Below the pieces are notes generated by a model that ran no database searches, had not been told where the DNA came from, and saw nothing but the letters and a program-made list of their open reading frames with translations. The position numbers and the translations under genes were made by a program. Of a stretch of 64,000 nucleotides of DNA, positions 19,599 through 28,589 are shown one piece after another (positions within the stretch are counted from its first letter, which is position 1; each line of letters begins with the position of its first letter). This stretch comes from Blastocatellia bacterium AA13 (lineage in GTDB: Bacteria > Acidobacteriota > Blastocatellia > UBA7656), in NCBI GenBank assembly GCA_003222245.1, contig QHVH01000031.1, forward strand, positions 24,650 through 88,649. Direction: 5' to 3'.

Positions 19599-22439
19599 AT
19601 GTCGACCCAACCAAATCAAGGGGCTTTCCCGGGTGTTGAACTGGAGGGTGAATGGATAAAGGCTGATCAGTTCGACCCTAAGACCTGGGCCATAGCGGTC
19701 GCACAACGCCGATCGGTGGGGACTCACGTACCCGGTTACGGCGCTCCCGGGGCGCCAACAAAGAAGCTTGAAGGGCCTTGGTTCATTGGCGCGGACGAGC
19801 AGCGCGTTGCGGTCTACGAGGCTCCAAATCCTGACTTCGCGGCCAGCGTCGGGTTTGCGGGGTCGGCCGTTGTTGTGGAAAGCCAGAGCACACTTGTCGA
19901 AGGGCATCTGTTCATTCCAACCGACGGTGCGGAGGAAAAGGGGATCGCCGCTGATACCATCCGTGTCTTCCGTTGGGTGCCGGAGATGAAGGCGTTCCAA
20001 ATCGTCCTGCGCTCCGGTTCGCGCGACGATGTCTGGGCCTGGGCCGAGATCTCCACTCCCGGGATCTACGTTCCTATCGGGCTGCCACGCGATCCAATCG
20101 CCTCCCGGCTCCTGAAGATAGGTTGGATTCTTAGTGATCTTGCAAGCACCCGGCAGGAAATGCTTCCTGGTGATCTGTTGAAGGAGATTGGGTCAGCGCT
20201 GTTCAAAGGTCTAGAACCTGTCTTGCAAGATCTCGATCAGATCCCCAAACTCCGCGGGCCGGGTGCGCCAAACCCTGACCTGCCGACTTACTCGCACACA
20301 GACAAACGCGTGAATCCGGGGACTGTCATCGATGCGCTTGGCCACAGTCCGCGACCGCCGGAGTACCAGATCCTTGCCAATCCGTCCACGATTACCCGCC
20401 TTCAAGACCGATGGGAATTTGTAGGTCCACAGAATATCGGAGGCATGTCTCTTTCGGTAGTCCTCGACCCGAACGAGCCAGACCAGATCTACACGGCCAC
20501 ATCCAGTGGCGGCGTCCGGCGTCTTAGCAGTGTCTCCGACCATCCAAGCTCGTTCTGGGAGCTTGTTACCGATGGGCTTCCGTCTCAGCGCACTCAGGCT
20601 TTTGCAGTAGCCACGTCCGACGTCGGAGTGTGGTACGTGCAGATGAATAACGGTTGGCTATACCGCCACGACAGTCTCAGCGCCACGTGGTCTATAGTCA
20701 ATCGAGATGCTATCGGCAATGCCTGGCGAATCCTTGTCGATCCTAATACCGCCGACCGCGTCTACGTAGCGACGACAACCGGGTTGTGGCGCTCGGATAA
20801 CGGAGGCAGGACATGGGCGACGGGTGGCCCGCTCACACCCGGCGACGCAACTGATGTCGCCCTCGACCCGGTTAATCCGGACGTGATCTATGTTGCAGTC
20901 CGTGGCGTCGGACTGCGTAGGTCGTTTGTGCGCGGGCGGCCGGACAGTTGGTCCACCGTTATCGCTTGGGACTCAGGGCATGCGTACTGGACCGATCCCG
21001 CACGTATGACTACCGCGATGCGCATCGCGCTCGGCGTATCAGGCCCGCCGTCGGCCCGACGGATTGTTGCAAAGTTTGGTCAAGAAGTTTTCTACAATTC
21101 GTCAGGCGGTAACGGCGCGTGGGTGTCGCTAGGTATGGTGGGGGGACCGCAGCCCCTGCACGGAGCAGGGTACGACTTCGGGCAGGGTGACTGGGCTCAC
21201 GGCATCGCCATAGATCCGTTTGATGAGAACTTGATCCTTGCCGCGCAGGACATGTTGTATCGTCGGCGAGCGGATTCCAATGCAGGTTGGGAAATTGCGA
21301 TCCACTATTTCACGCCGCTTGAACAAGGCCATGCAGATTACCACGGGATCACCTTTGACCCGGCCCAGGAAGGTGTTGTCTACGTTGCCAACGACGGTGG
21401 CGTATACCGCTCCGACGATCACGGAGGCACGTGGAGGTCCCTTGCAGACGGCTTGAACACGCTCCAGTTCTGGTTTCATACCGGAATATCCGGCGGTGCG
21501 CTTCTGGGCGGCGCTTATCATCACGGGTTGATTGGGGCCGCGCGTCCCGAGAATCCGAACTGGCAAGTGCTCAGCGGCGGAGCTTGGGAGTTCTCTTCTG
21601 CGGTTTCCGACGCGCAACGCCCCGGCACGTTTTACGTCTTCAATACCCAGGAGCCGAGGAGCGGGATGCCGCGCGCGACGTTAAGGCGGATGCCGCACAG
21701 CACATCCGTAACACTGGAACTAGATCTGGAATGGGCAACTCTTCCAGGTGCTACGGCCACAGATCCTCGAGTAACCTTTAACACAGCCGCGGCTGCGATG
21801 GATCCCCGACCGGGTGTCTACACCATGCTTGCGGGGGGCCGTACAGGTTTGTATCGGACCGTCAATCGCATCGAGTACACCGGACAAGCTCCAATATGGA
21901 CGCTCGAAAGCCTTACCCTCGATTCCGGCGATAGCATCGTCTCCATCGCCTACTCGACGCCCCAGTCTGGTGGCCCGCCCATTGCTTATGTCCTGTCAGC
22001 ACGCGCTGTTGTATATCGCAACATGAACGTGGATGGCGGCGGAACTTGGGAACGCCGCGGGCAATGGCCAGGCGCAGATGCGCGTGAGATCGCTGTGAAC
22101 GTGTACGACCCGCAGCGGATTTATATCGTTGCTTGGAATGCTGGCGTGGCGCGGTCTACAGAGGGCGGCGGAGGAACTTTCGAGGTGATTGCGCCGCCCG
22201 ACAGCGGGCCCTTCCCGGCGGGCTCGAACTACAACTCCATCCTGCCACACCCAAACGCAGCGCGTACGCTGATTCTCGCGACCACTTTCGGCATTTACAT
22301 CTCTACGGACGAGGGTGGCAGGTGGCGGCAGTTTGGTGTGGGACTGCCAGATGTACACGTGGTGTCTGTCTTCATTTATGGCCAGTACTTGTATGCCGCC
22401 ACGCACGGATGCGGGTTATGGCGGCATTCTCTGACGTGA
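19599..22439 (+). CDS. BNR/Asp-box repeat protein (beta-propeller, sialidase/GH74/Ycf48-like fold) with a roughly 330-aa N-terminal domain of unknown function; no signal peptide
   Basis: At least 6 Asp-boxes: WRSDNGGRTW, YRSDDHGGTW, ARSTEGGGGTF, YISTDEGGRW and others. GGAGG sits 6 nt before the ATG at 19599. The N-terminus (MSTQPNQGAFPGVELEGEW) is hydrophilic. Confidence 0.8.
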   Translation: MSTQPNQGAFPGVELEGEWIKADQFDPKTWAIAVAQRRSVGTHVPGYGAPGAPTKKLEGPWFIGADEQRVAVYEAPNPDFAASVGFAGSAVVVESQSTLVEGHLFIPTDGAEEKGIAADTIRVFRWVPEMKAFQIVLRSGSRDDVWAWAEISTPGIYVPIGLPRDPIASRLLKIGWILSDLASTRQEMLPGDLLKEIGSALFKGLEPVLQDLDQIPKLRGPGAPNPDLPTYSHTDKRVNPGTVIDALGHSPRPPEYQILANPSTITRLQDRWEFVGPQNIGGMSLSVVLDPNEPDQIYTATSSGGVRRLSSVSDHPSSFWELVTDGLPSQRTQAFAVATSDVGVWYVQMNNGWLYRHDSLSATWSIVNRDAIGNAWRILVDPNTADRVYVATTTGLWRSDNGGRTWATGGPLTPGDATDVALDPVNPDVIYVAVRGVGLRRSFVRGRPDSWSTVIAWDSGHAYWTDPARMTTAMRIALGVSGPPSARRIVAKFGQEVFYNSSGGNGAWVSLGMVGGPQPLHGAGYDFGQGDWAHGIAIDPFDENLILAAQDMLYRRRADSNAGWEIAIHYFTPLEQGHADYHGITFDPAQEGVVYVANDGGVYRSDDHGGTWRSLADGLNTLQFWFHTGISGGALLGGAYHHGLIGAARPENPNWQVLSGGAWEFSSAVSDAQRPGTFYVFNTQEPRSGMPRATLRRMPHSTSVTLELDLEWATLPGATATDPRVTFNTAAAAMDPRPGVYTMLAGGRTGLYRTVNRIEYTGQAPIWTLESLTLDSGDSIVSIAYSTPQSGGPPIAYVLSARAVVYRNMNVDGGGTWERRGQWPGADAREIAVNVYDPQRIYIVAWNAGVARSTEGGGGTFEVIAPPDSGPFPAGSNYNSILPHPNAARTLILATTFGIYISTDEGGRWRQFGVGLPDVHVVSVFIYGQYLYAATHGCGLWRHSLT

Positions 22440-22927
22440 GATTGGTCAACCGCTATCCGCCTTGTCCGCCTCACGCGCTTAACTTTGGCTTCCAGCTGAC
22501 CTCGTACCTCGGCCGCTGAAAAGGCTGTCGTCGAGCATCATCGCTAGTAAAGTGACTTGCCCTAATCCGTCTCGAGACCTCTGGTCATCCAAAAAGTCGT
22601 ATTGATCATTCCTAGTCACGCACGCCCCGAGACGACAACAGAAAGGACGTCTCCGTTCATGCTCAGTATGTCTCGATTGTGATTGGAACGTAGCTTGCCC
22701 TCTCACCTGGCCAATGAGCGGCTTTCGCTTTAGCAACAATCTCAGCCTTCTCTCGCTGGGACCCGGCCGAGATAGTCATCGTACCAGCAAACAATACTTT
22801 GCTGTCGCCGACGACTTCTTACGCAAGCTCTTTCCCGAACTCACTCCGCACCGGTTGCCTTGTCCAGGATATCTCACCGTATTCATCACTGATGATGTAG
22901 TCCACTGACTCACAAGGAGAACTCGCT

Positions 22928-23480
22928 GTGTTGAACAGATCTCAAATCGAGAACGACAACCCGCTATCGCGACCGCTTCTAATTCCAGCACCAAGCGTGA
23001 TGCGCTGCGACTCGCTTCCATTTACCGGGACCCTCAAGATGTTCGCACTGTTATTCACCTCGCGCGCAACGGCATCGTTCTCACTCTCCTGCTGCTCATA
23101 AGCAGTGTCGGCAATTTCTATCAGTACTATCGCAGGCCGGACCGCATAGTAGTCGATAGATCGAGTGGCCGCGTTGTTGAAATCAATGACCGTTACTACG
23201 GCGAAACCGAAGCTGTCCAACTCGGCCCCGAGCACCTGACGGACGCCGACAAGAAGTACATCGCTTCCGAGTTCGTTCGCTCCCTCTACCAGATCGATCC
23301 AGCCACCAGATCTAAAGACATCGAGCGTGCCCTCAGGATGATGCTCCCCGACTCTGCTTTGAAATTCGCACGCTATTGAAGCAGGACAACATCCTCGACA
23401 AGCAGCTCCAAGAAAGCTGGCAAGGGACTTGGACCGCCCAAGACATCACCGTCGATTCCAAAGACCGCTACACCCTAGCT
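22928..23480 (+). pseudogene. VirB8/TrbF-like type IV secretion component remnant (frameshifted, internal stop)
   Basis: GTG at 22928 is preceded by AAGGAG. The VirB8-like body (TVIHLARNGIVLTLLLLISSVGNFYQYYRRPDRIVVDRSSGRVVEINDRYYGETEAV...) is in a different frame, and there is a second frame break near 23378 and an in-frame TAG near 23480. Confidence 0.35.
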
Positions 23481-23674
23481 TAGCTAAGGGTTCTCGGTCG
23501 ACAAGACATCCACCGATTGGATAACGGCGGCACGCTTGATGAGCCTCGCCAGCTCAGCCTTTCACTCAAGCTCATTGCAGACCCCAAAGGCAGGGCGGAC
23601 CGCAATCTCCGCTCTGGCTTTCTCATTTCCAGTTTTGAGTACAAGGAAATCCAGTAGAACCGAAAAGGAGACTT

Positions 23675-24400
23675 ATGCATTCCGCCAAGGACGCAACGAC
23701 TTTGATTCTTCTTGCGCTCATTGCGTGTCCGACCCTCGCGCTCACGCAGAACAAAAGCAGATCGCAGAGGTTGAAACACTCGCCGGCGCGAACGAGCAGC
23801 ACCGATGAGCTTTCAATCCCTTCGGTTTCCCTCGTCTCTGGAACGCCGGAGTATCTTTCGGGGGAGGCCAATGTCACTGTCAAAGGAAACGAGAATCCCA
23901 TCATCCGTCTCGGCCTGGCAACGTCCGGCGTGACTCTTGTGGAGTTTCCCGCCGCTGACAGATTCTTCGCTCTCCATCCGGGCAACTCTGAGATGGTGGT
24001 TACGATCGACGAGTCCCCCACAAAACAAAACGATCACTTCTTCGTCTTCAGAGCAGGAAGTAACTGTGTTTCACCTCCCGCAGCGAGTTCTTCTACGGGT
24101 CCCGCTGCCTCCATCATCGCGCAAATGGGCTCGGGCATGGTCGTCACTTTTCTTATTTATCCCGTTCGCGAACTCTCACAAATGGCGCACCGCGTAGTCG
24201 TTCTCTATGACCGCGTAGCGGTGGTAGCCGCCCGACGCGCGGCTGGGCTCGCCGTCAATCTCGAAGAGAAAGAGCAAGAACGACAGGAGGGGTCAATAAG
24301 GATTGCCCCCGCGACCGAGCGCTCAAGCACGTCCACGCAGTCCGGCAGCACCAAACGACCAGTCTCGAGATGTAGGCCTGACGGGCCGACTATAAAATAG
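23675..24400 (+). CDS. secreted hypothetical protein (possible VirB9/TrbG-like remnant)
   Basis: Signal peptide MHSAKDATTLILLALIACPTLALTQ. It lies directly downstream of the VirB8-like remnant. The assignment rests on position and length alone. Confidence 0.4.
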   Translation: MHSAKDATTLILLALIACPTLALTQNKSRSQRLKHSPARTSSTDELSIPSVSLVSGTPEYLSGEANVTVKGNENPIIRLGLATSGVTLVEFPAADRFFALHPGNSEMVVTIDESPTKQNDHFFVFRAGSNCVSPPAASSSTGPAASIIAQMGSGMVVTFLIYPVRELSQMAHRVVVLYDRVAVVAARRAAGLAVNLEEKEQERQEGSIRIAPATERSSTSTQSGSTKRPVSRCRPDGPTIK

Positions 24401-24648
24401 CCATCAGGGGCAAGCGCGTAGCGCGCCGCCCCTGGTCACGGCCCCCACACCCCTCTAGCGCTGAAGGCGCGACATAAGCGCTTCATTGCCGCGCTGCGCA
24501 AAAATTAACCATTTCTTGCGAAACGTTCACTTCGCACCTTTCAGTGCTCCGAGCCCTCATCTATTTCCGAGGATAATTACTGGGCCTTCATTCGCTCGCG
24601 CGCCTATAAAACCTGCGCCTTGGTATCCGAAAATATTTAAACTCCCGG

Positions 24649-24739
24649 GTTCCCTCGGAAACACCTTCTCTCTTCGTACCGGGGGCTGCGCTTCGCTGGC
24701 CCGCGGCTACTGACGCGTTCCCTTTCAGGGAACAATCCC
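24649..24739. repeat. solo copy of a roughly 114-bp two-hairpin repeat (same family as the tandem array at 28590-28900)
   Basis: TCTTCGTACCGGGGGCTGCGCTTCGCTGGCCCGCGGCTACTGACGCGTTCCCTTTCAGGGAACAATCCC is about 90% identical to the array units. It contains the CCGGGGG..CCCCCGG and GTTCCCT-TTC-AGGGAAC hairpins. Confidence 0.7.
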
Positions 24740-24778
24740 AAAATTCATTCAAGCTATGTTGTCACAACGACACCTGGT

Positions 24779-25852
24779 TTACTTGATCGAACTACACTTG
24801 AAAGATGCCGGATACGAAGCCACATAGAATCTAGCCATCGGGGGAGTATCCTTTAAGAAACTGGTCCCATTGAATGAACGCTCGATTAGATCACGGTTTG
24901 CTTTGAGTGTGTAGTCGATAAACTTCGCGGTCACATCGCCGCTTTCTTTGGCGTTCATGTCAAACATTTTCACCGGAGTACCGCAGGAGTAATCAAACGC
25001 TTTGATGTCGACCGACTTGATTTGCGGACTCTGCAACGTGCGAAAGTAAATGCGGCTGCGCTTCTGATCGTAGACAATGCTCCATTGCGTCCACGTGTCG
25101 CTCCGATTCGTCTGCGCGACATCACTCAAGACTTCGAAAGCATAGGCGACCGCTTGCTCGTCGGTTAATGGCCGCTTCTCGAACTCTTTCGTTTTCTTGA
25201 CAGCCCGCGTGAAGCGATCAAGCGACTCGTTTGAGTTGGCTTTCGCAACATCGGTGTGCTTCGCGTAATTCAGGGAATTATCGTAGGTGTCGTTGGTCAA
25301 AGTCGGCGTGGCAAGGCTTGCCCCCGTATGCACAATCATCATGCCTTTGAGAAATTCGATCGAGGCCGTGTTCCCGGCCTTGTCATTGATCAGGTAATGG
25401 ACTTTGACGTCGGACTCGATGCGCAGACCTTCGGCATTCTTGATGGCCTCGGCGGTTGTGGCGGAGTTGTCGAGCAAATACTGAATCCATTCCTGTGTGC
25501 CCACGGCGGATCGCGCGTCGACTTTCGGATACGCTGTATCGCTGAGCCACATTTGTTCGACAACCAGGCCCGCCTCATTCATGCCGCCGGTTGGATTCTC
25601 GCGTCCGTATTGATTAAAAGTTACGCTGCCGTATTTTGAGAGCCATTTCGCGCCGTTGTCAGAGTCAATGATCGTTGCGGTCTTAGCGACCCCGCGTTTG
25701 TTGACTAGTACCAGCGCGTCACCAATCGTCCAATCATAATTTCGTCCGAACAGAACCTCGCCCTTACCGTGCAGGCAGAACGTCGTGCAGGCAAACGCCT
25801 GATTAAGAAGGAGCGATAGGAGAGTGAATGTTAGACACGTAAGTTCTTTCAT
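24779..25852 (-). CDS. secreted Ntn-hydrolase, choloylglycine hydrolase / linear amide C-N hydrolase (penicillin V acylase-like) family
   Basis: Signal peptide MKELTCLTFTLLSLLLNQAFA is followed immediately by Cys (CTTFCLHGKG), the N-terminal nucleophile expected in this family. RNYDW and NEAG motifs are present. The start is set at MKEL (25852). The ORF track extends to 25966. Confidence 0.7.
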   Translation of the reverse strand: MKELTCLTFTLLSLLLNQAFACTTFCLHGKGEVLFGRNYDWTIGDALVLVNKRGVAKTATIIDSDNGAKWLSKYGSVTFNQYGRENPTGGMNEAGLVVEQMWLSDTAYPKVDARSAVGTQEWIQYLLDNSATTAEAIKNAEGLRIESDVKVHYLINDKAGNTASIEFLKGMMIVHTGASLATPTLTNDTYDNSLNYAKHTDVAKANSNESLDRFTRAVKKTKEFEKRPLTDEQAVAYAFEVLSDVAQTNRSDTWTQWSIVYDQKRSRIYFRTLQSPQIKSVDIKAFDYSCGTPVKMFDMNAKESGDVTAKFIDYTLKANRDLIERSFNGTSFLKDTPPMARFYVASYPASFKCSSIK

Positions 25853-26285
25853 AATTGATTCTTCCGATGCCGGGATAAAGCCGGCTGGTTGCATTGAATC
25901 AAAGTCCTCACACGTCGAGGTTTCCATCTTGGAGCACGGCTGCGGGGCCTGAGAAGGATTCGGCAATCAAGACATCGGGAGCACGATCCAACTTCGTGGC
26001 GAGTACGTCGGACAGCTCGCGGTAAGTGCGAGATGGCGCCCAAGGGACCGCGACGACGTGCGAACTTGCCCATTCGGGCTGGCGAGCGACGAAGCCGCTG
26101 ATGGTTGTCCCGAAGGGACAATCGGCAATAGCCCACCAGTTCACTGGTGGGTTCGTCGGGTAATTTGATCGAGAAGTGCCGAAGGCACGGCTGACTTGTT
26201 GTTTCAGAGCGCCGCAAGAGGACCACGCACATATTGCAGATTTCCGATGTGGTTCAAAGCCTCCACATACGAACTACATCAGCCG

Positions 26286-26522
26286 TCCCTTCGGGACTAG
26301 ATCGCCGCAGCGCTCTGGGACCCACCGATGAATCGGTGGGCTACTTTCAGACGATCCCTACGGGATTGACGTCTCTGCGCCAAAAATCTCTAATGGCCAA
26401 ACTCCAGCCACCGATGAATCGGCGGGCTCGAGCTTGGACAATGGCGGACCTGGGAGCGCAGGCATCTTGCCTGCTTCCCCCACCGATGAATCGGTGGGCT
26501 ATTAATCGAGCATCCCTTTGGG
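26286..26522. repeat. cluster of six short perfect hairpins, including three copies of CCCACCGAT-GAA-ATCGGTGGG
   Basis: The six hairpins are:
- GTCCC-TTC-GGGAC at 26286-26298.
- CCCACCGATGAATCGGTGGG at 26321-26340.
- ATCCC-TAC-GGGAT near 26355-26367.
- CCACCGATGAATCGGCGG at 26408-26425 (one mismatch).
- CCCACCGATGAATCGGTGGG at 26479-26498.
- CATCCC-TTT-GGGATG at 26508-26522. Confidence 0.6.
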
Positions 26523-26587
26523 ATGCCAATCGATCTGGTATATCCACTGATCTGGGACGCTGATCTCGGGTGTCAACTGACGGAGAG

Positions 26588-26848
26588 TTATGCCGCCGAC
26601 TGCTGATCGATTTCCCAGCCAGGAAATACAAGCACCGCCGGATGGCACTTGAGCGCGCGAGCCAGAATCTTGGCCCGCTCCAACCCTAGTCTTACGCGAT
26701 CATTCTCGATTGCCGAGATAGTCGACTGTGGTATGCCGGTTAGCTCGGCGAGTTGATTCTGACTCAGATACTGAAGCTCTCTAATGATCCGCACAGATTC
26801 GCCCACTGACACCTTCATACGACGCTTTGCAGAACGAAACTGACTCAT
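26588..26848 (-). CDS. XRE-family helix-turn-helix transcriptional regulator
   Basis: HTH_3 signature: IRELQYLSQNQLAELTGIPQSTISAIENDRVRLGLERAKILARAL. Confidence 0.7.
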   Translation of the reverse strand: MSQFRSAKRRMKVSVGESVRIIRELQYLSQNQLAELTGIPQSTISAIENDRVRLGLERAKILARALKCHPAVLVFPGWEIDQQSAA

Positions 26849-26900
26849 CTAAGGCCTCCGATCGTGTCGGATGTCAGTGTCTATGAGGGTGGAGATCAAG

Positions 26901-27164
26901 TTACTTTACCCCCTCGGATTCACGCAGGTTCCGGACCCATGCGGTGCTGTCCCGCATGTCGTCGCGATCTTGCCACATCCCTATGAACCGTTCATCGTGT
27001 AATTCAGAGCCCGCCGGTTGCGTGGCGGGCCGGCGTCCACCATACCGCTGATGCAAGTATGCAACAAATCCTTCCACCTCCCGTAGGGCTTCTTGTGGCA
27101 AAGAACGTATCTCGCGCAATATCTCATCAGGTGTCATGGTTCCTCCACCGACATTTTCTCTCAT
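26901..27164 (-). CDS. DUF2281-like small protein (putative orphan antitoxin-type addiction module component)
   Basis: MTPDEILREIRSLPQEALREVEGFVAYLHQRY, then a C-terminal ...MWQDRDDMRD tail, as in small antitoxin-like proteins. No cognate toxin gene is adjacent. The start could be the internal Met at about 27137. Confidence 0.45.
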   Translation of the reverse strand: MRENVGGGTMTPDEILREIRSLPQEALREVEGFVAYLHQRYGGRRPATQPAGSELHDERFIGMWQDRDDMRDSTAWVRNLRESEGVK

Positions 27165-27287
27165 TCGAAAGAGATGTCAACCTGAGCGGCCAACCGACTT
27201 GCGTCACCGGGCCGCGCATGCCAAGACAACCAGGGGAACGAATCGGCGTAATGGGAAAACTACCTGCGCGGCTCGTTCCTAAATCTC

Positions 27288-27508
27288 TCAGTTGTGTGAG
27301 AGGTCACTATTCTCTTCTATAAGTTTCGTTTTGCCTTGTTTGAATTCGGCCAAGGCTTCCTTCGCAAGGAATGCTAGCTTGTCCTGTGAATTAGCGAATG
27401 CGTCCGCCCAACGCCCCTCTGAGGCAAGATCACTCAGCAGCATTTCGGCAAACGCATCCTGATCCTCGCCCTGGGAGTCGGGACGCTTCTTCGAATGCCT
27501 TCTCCAGA
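27288..27508 (-). pseudogene. ParD/RelB-like antitoxin gene with a frameshift (orphan)
   Basis: Hand translation of the minus strand gives MTKLLEKAFEEASRLP in one frame. The rest, (Q)GEDQDAFAEMLLSDLASEGRWADAFANSQDKLAFLAKEALAEFKQGKTKLIEENSDL, is in the +1 frame. It was not called by the ORF track. Confidence 0.35.
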
Positions 27509-27701
27509 AGTTTGGTCATTTGTCTTATCACCTCGCCGGCAACTTGAATCAGAAACTTATCGAACTTTTGGCGTCGAGCACCATCGATTCAGAGATTGCA
27601 CAACGTTGGAATGAGCCGCAGCGGGCGGTATGCGGAACACGGAAAGAAAAGGGCCGCATCATGAACAGGACTACTGCCCGCGCTCCAGTTCCAACCGTGA
27701 G

Positions 27702-28016
27702 TTATGCGACGTTCAGTGGCTTGATTCGGTCAATCTTCCTCTTGGCGGATCGAGTCGCTTCCCAAAGGTCCAGCGCGCGCTGGGCATTGAGCCAGAATTC
27801 AGGCGAATTACCGAACAACCGCGAGAGGCGGAGGGCCATTTCCGGGCTGACAGCCCGCCGCTCGCGAAGCAACTCGTTGATTGTTTGGCGAGAGACCCCC
27901 AGTGCTTCAGCAAGGGCCGAGACCGTCAGGCCGAAGTCCGGCATGAAGTCCTCACGAAGCATCTCGCCCGGATGCGTCGGACGAACCTGCCTCTCTCCAA
28001 CGTTCACAATGCTCAT
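27702..28016 (-). CDS. higA: HigA-type antitoxin (XRE-HTH addiction module antidote protein)
   Basis: MLREDFMPDFGLTVSALAEALGVSRQTINELLRERRAVSPEMALRLSRLFGNSPEFWLNAQ is the canonical HigA/VapI signature. The gene lies 14 nt downstream of the toxin gene. Confidence 0.8.
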   Translation of the reverse strand: MSIVNVGERQVRPTHPGEMLREDFMPDFGLTVSALAEALGVSRQTINELLRERRAVSPEMALRLSRLFGNSPEFWLNAQRALDLWEATRSAKRKIDRIKPLNVA

Positions 28017-28029
28017 GCAACACCTCGTC

Positions 28030-28311
28030 TCAATGGTAGTCGGTCAGTTCCACATCGTAAGCATCACCGTCGACGAACCGAAAGCAGATGCGCCACTGAT
28101 CGTTGACAGCAATGGAATGTTGTCCCTTCCGCTCCTGCTTGAGTTCATGAAGGCGGTTGCTAGGAGGAACCTTCAAGTCGCCCAAGTGGGTCGCGAGGTC
28201 AAGGTATTCGAGCTTGCGCGTCGCACGCCTCGCGATATCCGGAGGAAACCGTCGCGACTCGCCAGTTGCATACAGCTCTTGCGTTTGGCGGTTCGCGAAC
28301 GTCTTGATCAC
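28030..28311 (-). CDS. higB: HigB-type toxin (RelE/ParE superfamily plasmid-maintenance killer protein)
   Basis: 93 aa beginning MIKTFANRQTQELYATG..., with ...HELKQERKGQHSIAVNDQWRICFRF. The toxin-first, antitoxin-second order is typical of higBA. Confidence 0.8.
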   Translation of the reverse strand: MIKTFANRQTQELYATGESRRFPPDIARRATRKLEYLDLATHLGDLKVPPSNRLHELKQERKGQHSIAVNDQWRICFRFVDGDAYDVELTDYH

Positions 28312-28589
28312 TGGTCAACTCTGATCTGTCACGTGATGCGTGTCAAGCCAGGAGACATCAAAGTAGCATAACGCCAGCGTCACCGGGCCGCGCATACCAA
28401 GATAATCAGGGAAACGAATCGGCGTAATGGGAAAACTACCTGCGCGCGGCTCCGGTGCACGCGGAGTTGGGCATCTGTCCACAATTGCGACAGTATCCGG
28501 TCGTATTCCGCATGGGTGTCTATCCAGAACCACACTATCGTATCGTCGGACTTTGCTCCGAGTGCTCGCCACCCTATGCCTGAGAACGG

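Noticed and set aside
26321-26498. Mini-CRISPR from three 20-bp palindromic repeats
   Set aside because: Only three copies, with irregular 48-65-bp spacers, perfect self-complementarity end to end, and other unrelated hairpins interspersed. No cas genes.
27520-28371. 283-aa plus-strand ORF
   Set aside because: It is antisense to the well-supported higB/higA pair and spans the intergenic region. It has no motifs and shows the low-complexity Arg/Ser composition typical of GC-rich antisense frames.
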